Virus genome (UHGV): UHGV-1639282
From: a virus
Strand: one strand, 5' to 3'
DNA: 16,370 bases
Shown: piece after piece, positions 1 to 5,695 of the stretch
Layout: each line of letters begins with the position of its first letter
How positions within the stretch are numbered: the stretch's first letter is position 1
Translations under genes and position numbers: made by a program
The notes under the pieces: model-generated
What the model saw: only the letters and a program-made list of their open reading frames with translations
Database searches by the model: none
What the model was told of the DNA's origin: nothing

Positions 1-1116
1 CTCACATAAAACCCTATTATCTCTATATTGTTCATTTTTTTCTTTTATTATATTTAGAATATTGCTTTCAGAAGAAACATAACCGTTCTTAAGGTAAAAA
101 TCTATATCATCATCGAAAGCACTTTCTGCTCGTTCATAAATAACATCAAGGCTATTAACAAATGAATATACAGAGTTAACTTCTTCCTTTTCATCTTTAT
201 CATCTAACATATAGTCGAATGCATGTATATTTTTGATTGACTCCTTAAATGAAGCATAATCAACGTTAGGAACACCAAAATAGTAAACCACTGAAAATAA
301 GACCAATCTATTAATAAAACTTTCTCTAACCTTATCCTCTGCTAACTTTAGCACATCTCTAAATATAACTAGAGATGATTTTATTTTATTTAATATTCTA
401 ATGTTTTTGATGTTTAAATCATTTACTAGGTTTTTTAACAAAAGAAAATCAGGGTCAGTCTCATAAAAAACTTTTCTTAAGTTTTTCTCAGGCGTGGGAT
501 CGTATTTTATTTCCACATCAATTATTTTTTCTCTATACTCTAAAAACTGTTGTTGTGCAGTTTCTTCATGTAAGTTATCTTCATTTAATATTAGAACAAC
601 CTTGCAATTTTTTCTTCTTGCCAACTCATCAATTACCCCCATAATCTCTTTAATTTCTAGCGCACTACCTTTTCGTTCAATATCATCAATGCAAACCAAA
701 TAATTATTAACAAATTTATACTCAAGAGATGACAGCAGATTATCAGTTTTGAACCCAAAAAAATCGTTCTTTCCAAAATGTATTAAAAATTTTGACAAGG
801 AGTTGTATTTCAACCATCCCCAAAACCCATTTCTATAACGAATCATAGTTCGATCCGTTTCAGATAAAATCAGTTCTTTATATTTCTTTTCATTAATTGG
901 TGTGGCACAATGATAAAGAGCTTTTTTAATGTCTCCAATAGAATTTATTCCAAACAAAGAAACATATGAATATGCATTATAATCTAATTTTTTAGAATGT
1001 TTAGTATAAAAGCTATTCCAATAATGCGTTTTACCTACTCCCCAATTTCCTTTTATGACAGCAACCCGATGATCTGAGTCCAAAAAATTTTTTAAAAATA
1101 CTTCTATCGATTCCAT
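1..1116 (-). CDS. KAP-family P-loop NTPase, 5' partial (ATG at 1116-1114; ORF runs off the window start, at least 372 codons)
   Basis: I scanned all 372 minus-strand codons from 1116 to 1 and found no in-frame stop; the upstream in-frame stop is at 1123-1125. The supplied ORF track does not list this ORF. Translation starts MESIEVFLKNFLDSDHRVAVIKGNWGVGKTHYW. GNWGVGKT (nt 1027-1050) is the Trp-containing Walker A typical of KAP NTPases, and LVCIDDIERK at residues 139-148 fits the KAP Walker B. SD-like AAGGA lies ~12 nt upstream of the ATG. The region is much more AT-rich than its neighbours. Confidence 0.6.
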   Translation of the reverse strand, partial: MESIEVFLKNFLDSDHRVAVIKGNWGVGKTHYWNSFYTKHSKKLDYNAYSYVSLFGINSIGDIKKALYHCATPINEKKYKELILSETDRTMIRYRNGFWGWLKYNSLSKFLIHFGKNDFFGFKTDNLLSSLEYKFVNNYLVCIDDIERKGSALEIKEIMGVIDELARRKNCKVVLILNEDNLHEETAQQQFLEYREKIIDVEIKYDPTPEKNLRKVFYETDPDFLLLKNLVNDLNIKNIRILNKIKSSLVIFRDVLKLAEDKVRESFINRLVLFSVVYYFGVPNVDYASFKESIKNIHAFDYMLDDKDEKEEVNSVYSFVNSLDVIYERAESAFDDDIDFYLKNGYVSSESNILNIIKEKNEQYRDNRVLCE

Positions 1117-1137
1117 TGGTGTCTATCCTTCAACTCA

Positions 1138-1166
1138 TATATTGGGCGTAACAAACGCCCAATATA
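1138..1166. other. Perfect 11-bp inverted repeat with 7-nt spacer (TATATTGGGCG-TAACAAA-CGCCCAATATA) between the small ORF stop and the KAP NTPase start
   Basis: Read directly from the sequence. It sits 1 nt after the stop codon at 1168-1170 and exactly at the AT-rich/GC-normal boundary. There is no U-tract on the minus-strand side, so it is not a canonical terminator for the genes here. It may be a protein-binding palindrome or an RNA stem-loop. Confidence 0.4.
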
Positions 1167-1167
1167 A

Positions 1168-1527
1168 TCACCCTTTCTTCATCAACTCGCGTTTAATTTC
1201 ATCGGTACGCATCGTGACATCGGCAGCTGTGATCGCCTCGTTAAGTTTCACGATGTCCTCGATTTCCTGCGGTGTCTTCTCCGCAAGATGGAAAATAGCA
1301 GCACGAATCACATCAGAGCGGGTGAATTTCTCGAAGCGAGGGATGAACTTCATCATCTCCAGCAGTTCGAAGTATTCGTCCTCCAGTGACATTGTGCGGC
1401 TTTTAATTTTCTCTTTGCCACGAGTCGGGCGTCCCTGTGGTCTGACTGGTTGGCGCAAAGGAGTTGTGTTCTTAGCCGGTGCATCAGGCTCTTTGCGCTT
1501 TGCTAGGTCACCCATTTTCATGGACAT
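1168..1527 (-). CDS. Small basic protein (119 aa), possible ParG-like partner of the ParA-like ATPase
   Basis: Start ATG overlaps the upstream gene's stop (TAATG at 1525-1529). The N-terminal ~45 residues are Lys/Arg/Pro-rich and look disordered (KRKEPDAPAKNTTPLRQPVRPQGRPTRGKEKIKSR). The C-terminal part (KFTRSDVIRAAIFHLAEK) looks like a strand-helix unit. The function is inferred from gene context only. Confidence 0.45.
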   Translation of the reverse strand: MSMKMGDLAKRKEPDAPAKNTTPLRQPVRPQGRPTRGKEKIKSRTMSLEDEYFELLEMMKFIPRFEKFTRSDVIRAAIFHLAEKTPQEIEDIVKLNEAITAADVTMRTDEIKRELMKKG

Positions 1528-2195
1528 TATTCTTCTTCCTCCAGACTCAACAGATAATCTACAAATTCTTCAAACTCGGCTTCCGCCTTTTTGTCGCGCT
1601 CGCTACCGGTCATTTCAAAGATAGAACGACCAGACTCTTCCGCATCATCATAGACGTTGCGGTTATATAGATTGACTGGCGCAGACTCGATGCCAAACGT
1701 CTCAACAATCTCTTTAGCCGCCAAAATGCGAGACACTTGTGATGGCAAAGCCGGGCACTGGTTCATGACCGCGCGGACCTTCACTTTATCGTTCACATTA
1801 CGAACATTGTCGATAATAGGATCGATGTCACGCAGAGATTTCAAATCACGACGCTTAGGACGAAGCGGGATAATGATAACGTCGGCCATCAGCATCGCTT
1901 GTCGCTGAATTTCGGAGTCAAAGCCACCAGCATCTACCACTACATACTCAGCTCTACCCTGAAGCGATTTTAGGTGCTTAATGATGTCATCCTGAACGTA
2001 TGCAAAAGGAATCAGCTCAAGGTCTTCGTTCTGTCGACGGTCTTCACACCAGCTTGTTGTCGTGCGCTGAATATCTATATCAGTGATATAAACCTTCTTC
2101 TTCTTTTTGACTTTCAGGCAAACGGCAATTTGCTGGGCAACAGTGGATTTGCCAGGCCCGCCCTTTGTGCCGCCAACCACAAAGATCTTGGTCAT
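1527..2195 (-). CDS. ParA/Soj/MinD-family ATPase with deviant Walker A (222 aa)
   Basis: N-terminus MTKIFVVGGTKGGPGKSTVAQQIA contains the deviant Walker A KGGxGK[ST]. A VVVDAGG motif follows, and the size matches small type-Ib partition ATPases. The protein ends in an acidic tail (LSLEEEE). ATG at 2195-2193 with AAGGGA ~9 nt upstream. Confidence 0.8.
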   Translation of the reverse strand: MTKIFVVGGTKGGPGKSTVAQQIAVCLKVKKKKKVYITDIDIQRTTTSWCEDRRQNEDLELIPFAYVQDDIIKHLKSLQGRAEYVVVDAGGFDSEIQRQAMLMADVIIIPLRPKRRDLKSLRDIDPIIDNVRNVNDKVKVRAVMNQCPALPSQVSRILAAKEIVETFGIESAPVNLYNRNVYDDAEESGRSIFEMTGSERDKKAEAEFEEFVDYLLSLEEEE

Positions 2196-2341
2196 TGGAG
2201 AGTTCCCTTTGCGTATATAATTATCGTCTGAAACAACTTGTTTTCTTATATGTGATATAGCCTAAATGCCTACGGCTGCGGTGTAAAGGTTATTTAGTAG
2301 GTTGTTATTGCCTATTGCTAGTAACTGTTTTCATTTGTCTG

Positions 2342-2370
2342 TTGAAAAAAGTGACAATCATCTCTATATT
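2342..2370 (+). promoter_or_regulatory. Candidate sigma70 promoter TTGAAA-N17-TATATT, directed toward ataR
   Basis: Hexamers at 2342-2347 and 2365-2370 with a 17-bp spacer, each 5/6 match to consensus. The predicted start site falls on the dyad at 2375-2393. It lies ~145 bp upstream of the ataR ATG. Sequence pattern only. Confidence 0.3.
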
Positions 2371-2374
2371 ACGA

Positions 2375-2393
2375 GTACGGTAAATTGCCGTAC
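2375..2393. promoter_or_regulatory. Dyad symmetry GTACGG-N7-CCGTAC, candidate operator
   Basis: Inverted hexamers read directly from the sequence, positioned at the predicted +1 of the candidate promoter in the divergent region between the ParA-like gene and ataR. Confidence 0.3.
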
Positions 2394-2417
2394 ACAATTT
2401 GATGACACATACGCAAT

Positions 2418-2504
2418 GGGCTATAGCCCAGTTAAATAACCTTTGAGTCGAAAACTCAGTTTAAATAGAGAGCAATGATGGCCTTCCTACATCACCGGCC
2501 ATCA
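2418..2504. promoter_or_regulatory. Cluster of dyad symmetries in the ataR leader: GGGCTATAGCCC (2418-2429), TGAGT-N5-ACTCA (2444-2458), TGATGGCC-N13-GGCCATCA (2476-2504)
   Basis: A perfect 12-bp palindrome and two inverted repeats read directly from the sequence. The last one ends at the ataR Shine-Dalgarno (AGGGGG, 2505-2510). Type II antitoxin/TA complexes commonly autoregulate by binding palindromes in their own promoter region. Confidence 0.3.
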
Positions 2505-2514
2505 GGGGGTACAC

Positions 2515-2784
2515 ATGTCCGCACTGAAAAAGCAGCGCATCGATTTGAGATTAACCGATGACGATAAAAGCATCATCGAGGAAGCTGCCGCAATGTCTAA
2601 CCAGAGCATTACCCAGTTCATGGTTAGCAGTGCATCCGAACGTGCCGTGAAGGTGATAGAGCAACACCGTAGACTGGTTCTAAGTGAAGAGTCCTGGAAT
2701 CTGGTTATGGACGCTATAAGCAATCCTCCGGCACCGAACGACAAGCTGAAACGAGCTGCCAATCGTCTGAAAAGCATGGAGTAA
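2515..2784 (+). CDS. ataR: DUF1778-type RHH antitoxin (AtaR/TacA family)
   Basis: 89 aa: MSALKKQRIDLRLTDDDKSIIEEAAAMSNQSITQFMVSSASERAVKVIEQHRRLVLSEESW. It closely resembles AtaR/TacA sequences as I recall them, and it sits 7 nt upstream of a GNAT toxin gene. ATG with AGGGGG SD. Confidence 0.88.
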   Translation: MSALKKQRIDLRLTDDDKSIIEEAAAMSNQSITQFMVSSASERAVKVIEQHRRLVLSEESWNLVMDAISNPPAPNDKLKRAANRLKSME

Positions 2785-2791
2785 TTTACTC

Positions 2792-3313
2792 GTGAGCAAT
2801 ACGACGATCGAGATTTTCTCTGGAGAGAACGATTATGATCTAAACGGTTTTGATTGCGGCGAAGAGTCACTAAACGCATTTTTGACCAACCACTTAAAAA
2901 GACAGCATGAAGGAAAAATTCTTCGCGCTTATGTGCTTTGCACTAAAGAAGAAATACCAAAGGTATTAGGTTATTACACTTTGTCAGGCAGCTGCTTTGA
3001 GAAAGAAACCTTACCTTCAAAGAGTCAGCAAAAGAAAGTGCCTTATCGGAATGTCCCAAGTATCACTTTAGGCAGACTGGCTTTGGACAAATCTCTTCAA
3101 GGTCATGGGCTTGGCTCAATGCTTGTAACACATGCAATGCGCGTTGTGTACAATGCATCTCTTGCTGTAGGCATTCATGGACTTTTCGTTGAGGCGTTAA
3201 ATGACAAAGCCAAGGCGTTTTATAAAAGTTTAGGCTTTATCCAGCTGGTTGGTAACAACGAGCGTTCTTTGTTCTATCCTACAAAATCTATCGAAAAATT
3301 GTTCGAAGAATAA
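2792..3313 (+). CDS. ataT: GNAT-family acetyltransferase toxin (AtaT/TacT family, aminoacyl-tRNA acetylating)
   Basis: 173 aa, GTG start with GGAG upstream. Contains the GNAT core LQGHGLGSMLVTHAMRVVYNASLAVGIHGLFVEALNDKAKAFYKSLGF and the N-terminal DYDLNGFDCGEESLNAFL segment typical of AtaT/TacT. Classic antitoxin-then-toxin order. Confidence 0.88.
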   Translation: MSNTTIEIFSGENDYDLNGFDCGEESLNAFLTNHLKRQHEGKILRAYVLCTKEEIPKVLGYYTLSGSCFEKETLPSKSQQKKVPYRNVPSITLGRLALDKSLQGHGLGSMLVTHAMRVVYNASLAVGIHGLFVEALNDKAKAFYKSLGFIQLVGNNERSLFYPTKSIEKLFEE

Positions 3314-3316
3314 TGT

Positions 3317-3338
3317 GTTCCCCTCATTTGAGGGGAAC
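3317..3338. terminator. GC-rich hairpin (GTTCCCCTCA-TT-TGAGGGGAAC) between convergent ataT and o-spanin stops
   Basis: 10-bp perfect inverted repeat, 4 nt after the ataT stop (3311-3313) and 8 nt before the o-spanin stop (3346-3348). Flanking T-runs are short on both sides, so efficiency is uncertain. Plausibly a bidirectional terminator. Confidence 0.45.
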
Positions 3339-3345
3339 TTCGACA

Positions 3346-3561
3346 TCACCAACCACAAACCCTCTCTCCCATCGTATTGTGAAAAAGGATTTGGCGTTCG
3401 GTTTCTTCAGTCATTACATCATTATTGCTGATATAGATAGGCTCAGCCCCATCGCAGAACAACACGCTGGCTGTTTGTGGTTTAATGACGCACCCACTTA
3501 TCATACAACTCACGATGAACGGCAGAAGCATCTTTCTGACGTATTTTACTGCTCGTCTCAT
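3346..3561 (-). CDS. Putative o-spanin (Rz1-like outer-membrane lipoprotein), overlapped architecture
   Basis: N-terminus MRRAVKYVRKMLLPFIVSCMISGC has a basic n-region, a hydrophobic core and a lipobox-like ISGC. It is a short protein with additional Cys residues. It starts inside the 3' part of the i-spanin gene in another frame and extends beyond it. Confidence 0.5.
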   Translation of the reverse strand: MRRAVKYVRKMLLPFIVSCMISGCVIKPQTASVLFCDGAEPIYISNNDVMTEETERQILFHNTMGERVCGW

Positions 3562-3733
3562 TCACCACTTTCACTGTGTTTTGAAGTCGTTTTCTGTCTT
3601 CCTGTTTTGCCTTCTCTTCCATTGCTCGTCGCGCCGCATTCCCGCCCATCGTGTAAGCGCCGACAAGAACGAAAAGAACGGCAGCCAGCGTAATCAAAGC
3701 AACTTTTAGCTTTGTCATCAGGCTGCCTAGCAT
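3482..3733 (-). CDS. Putative i-spanin (Rz-like): N-terminal TM helix plus charged helical periplasmic domain
   Basis: 83 aa with TM segment LKVALITLAAVLFVLVGAYTM followed by a charged helical region (RRAMEEKAKQEDRKRLQ). The ATG is 1 nt after the stop of the upstream hydrolase-like gene. It is short for an Rz protein, so the call is tentative. Confidence 0.5.
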   Translation of the reverse strand: MLGSLMTKLKVALITLAAVLFVLVGAYTMGGNAARRAMEEKAKQEDRKRLQNTVKVVNETSSKIRQKDASAVHRELYDKWVRH

Positions 3734-3734
3734 A

Positions 3735-4427
3735 TTAGACCATCCCTTTCTGGTGTTTTCTTACCTGCGACCAGGCAATGAATCCTGCCACAACAATAGT
3801 GGCAATACCGAAGATGATGCGTACTGTATCCCCGCTAGAGATATGACCTTGTGCTTTATCCATAGCAGCGGAAACCTGCGGCATAACATCGGCCAGCTGA
3901 GCCAGACCAATACCTGCTGTAACAGTTGCGCCTGCGGTTTCTTTAGTTACAGGAACAGCCTTCACGGTTTTCACCGGCTTAACAACGCCAGCTCGACGCA
4001 GACCTTCCTCAATAACTTCTGCCGCATACCAGGTGTTCAGCGTTTTTAGCGGGCCTCGGCCATTCTCGTGGCGAATGATTGCCTCAACCAAAGGTCGAAG
4101 GATGTCGTAATCATGCAGATCGATGATCATGTCTGCGGTTACACCAACGGCTTTAGACACCTCATTAATGTAGGCGTCAGTATTGTTTTCATTCGGCGGT
4201 GCCCAGCGTTCAATAACTTCACGAATGGTATCGATACTTGTGCCGTCTTTTGCGCGACGTTTATCGTGGTAGGTAATTAGAGTCACCGCCAGCGCACGAA
4301 TCCCCCAAACAGGGTCTTTAAACGTGCAAAAGCGCGGTTCGTCTGGATTCGCAACCAGACCTTGCCACGGTGATCCTTTATCAAGATTACCGGGGTTATT
4401 ATTACGAATGCCTCTCGGGGTCTTCAT
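3735..4427 (-). CDS. Putative endolysin-like protein with C-terminal transmembrane anchor (230 aa from ATG 4427; the ORF track's 4454 start is GTG)
   Basis: Starts MKTPRGIRNNNPGNL with a strong SD (CAGGAGA) 8-9 nt upstream of the ATG at 4427-4425. The C-terminus has a Lys/Val/Thr-rich linker and a hydrophobic helix IIFGIATIVVAGFIAWS. The N-terminal motif is reminiscent of phage lytic-enzyme families, but I cannot confirm the family without a search. The lysis role is inferred mainly from the adjacent spanin pair. Confidence 0.45.
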   Translation of the reverse strand: MKTPRGIRNNNPGNLDKGSPWQGLVANPDEPRFCTFKDPVWGIRALAVTLITYHDKRRAKDGTSIDTIREVIERWAPPNENNTDAYINEVSKAVGVTADMIIDLHDYDILRPLVEAIIRHENGRGPLKTLNTWYAAEVIEEGLRRAGVVKPVKTVKAVPVTKETAGATVTAGIGLAQLADVMPQVSAAMDKAQGHISSGDTVRIIFGIATIVVAGFIAWSQVRKHQKGMV

Positions 4428-4440
4428 CCTTGATCTCCTG

Positions 4441-4764
4441 TTATTGCAGTCCACTTTTTACGCCATACGCGGCTAACCCCAAAAGCAGTGCGGTAATAAT
4501 GAACGACGTTATTTTAGAAACAATGCCGCCAAAGAACCCACTTGAGATGGAATCTAACCGGTTAAGGAGTTTGTCCAGATTGGAGTGTTGAATACTATGT
4601 TGCGCCGGGGTCATATCACCAAAGTAGGTTTTCAGCTGATCATTGACCTCCTGGCCAATTTCTTCACGTAGCTCTTTACCTAATTTGCCAACAACCTCCC
4701 GAGCAACGATCGCGGCAATACGCTCAACTTGCTCTGTTGTAACGCCCGCCATCTCGTTCGACAT
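4441..4764 (-). CDS. Small membrane protein, possible holin or lysis regulator (107 aa from the ATG at 4764, which has a GGAGGA SD)
   Basis: The ORF track starts at 4776, but the in-frame ATG at 4764-4762 has GGAGGA 6 nt upstream. There is a soluble ~85-aa N-terminal region and a single C-terminal TM helix (ITSFIITALLLGLAAYGV). Its position immediately upstream of the hydrolase-like gene suggests a holin role, but the topology is atypical. Confidence 0.4.
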   Translation of the reverse strand: MSNEMAGVTTEQVERIAAIVAREVVGKLGKELREEIGQEVNDQLKTYFGDMTPAQHSIQHSNLDKLLNRLDSISSGFFGGIVSKITSFIITALLLGLAAYGVKSGLQ

Positions 4765-5086
4765 GTTTTCCTCCATGAAAAGTCAAATCGGGATGGCGGA
4801 TTTATATCACATTTCACCCTTTTGTTGTAGGTGTGTACTTACCTATCATTCAGCATTGCAACCGATTGATGAGAAAGCACCTACTCCAACCCATCGCCAG
4901 TTATAGATGCTACACGCTTTGTATAAGGTATAGTCGTTCACTTTTTTAACAGCATATATGGGTATGACTGTCTCCTGTCCACCAATGATAGCTTCACCAT
5001 AACATATAGGTGTCGGCAATTTCTGGCAGCCAGTAAGAGAGAGAACAACAGCTATTGTTAGAAATAATCTTTACATCATTTACTCA

Positions 5087-5695
5087 TCAGTTATACAGAT
5101 TTCTATTTATTACCGGTACTCTGCCATTTACGCTAAAACTATGGCCGCCATTAAGTTGGTTTACGAATATCGAGCTAACAGTATTTCCATATGCCGCATA
5201 TCCATAAACCATTGTCATGGCTCCGCCCGGTACTGGAACAGCGGACACATTCGCATATGTTGGGATTATCGCTGGAGGGTAATCAAAAACATGCTCTCCA
5301 GAGCTGTTCCACTCCGTATTATTAAGAAAGGTAAATGAAAGTGGGATATTTGCCGTATTATAGATTTCCTCCCCTTGTGCATTGAAAAAACTCATGCCCC
5401 AAGTTTCTTTTTTGGCTATACCTTTCGAAAATACGTATATCGTGGCACTAGAGTCGCTACCCCGACCTCCGAAACTGTAAATCACCTGGTTGTTACGCAC
5501 TATTCTGTTGGCTATTAATGAAACAGCTTTCGAATAGACAACAAAAATAATCGGTGAACGATCTGGAGATATTTTGGTGTTAAACTCTGTCCCGCCGGAC
5601 AAAGAAACAACCTGCTTTCTCTGAAAAACGATAGGAGACAAAGAAGGAGACATCCAGACCTTCCCGTCAGATCGATATATCTTGCTTCCGTACAT
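5087..5695 (-). CDS. Hypothetical protein (202 aa), Ser/Gly/Asn/Tyr-rich, no signal peptide recognised
   Basis: Complete ORF with ATG at 5695-5693 overlapping the stop of the upstream ORF (TAATG). Composition suggests a beta-rich fold. No family recognised. GC looks somewhat lower than the tail genes. Confidence 0.55.
   Translation of the reverse strand: MYGSKIYRSDGKVWMSPSLSPIVFQRKQVVSLSGGTEFNTKISPDRSPIIFVVYSKAVSLIANRIVRNNQVIYSFGGRGSDSSATIYVFSKGIAKKETWGMSFFNAQGEEIYNTANIPLSFTFLNNTEWNSSGEHVFDYPPAIIPTYANVSAVPVPGGAMTMVYGYAAYGNTVSSIFVNQLNGGHSFSVNGRVPVINRNLYN

Noticed and set aside
494-703. Plus-strand 69-aa ORF inside the AT-rich left region
   Set aside because: It is antisense to the 372-codon KAP NTPase frame, has no motifs and has odd composition. 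It is most likely spurious.
1142-2231. Plus-strand ORFs (160, 63, 83, 85 aa) antisense to the ParA-like gene and its partner
   Set aside because: They overlap strongly supported minus-strand genes with clear motifs and coupling, and they lack recognisable domains or ribosome-binding sites.
2502-2879. Minus-strand 125-aa ORF overlapping ataR and the start of ataT
   Set aside because: It is antisense to a highly recognisable TA operon and its translation is low-complexity.
3249-4280. Plus-strand ORFs (60, 126, 74, 98, 70 aa) across the spanin and hydrolase-like region
   Set aside because: They overlap the coherent minus-strand lysis-like cassette. None has membrane or lysis features that would make a better model than the minus-strand genes.
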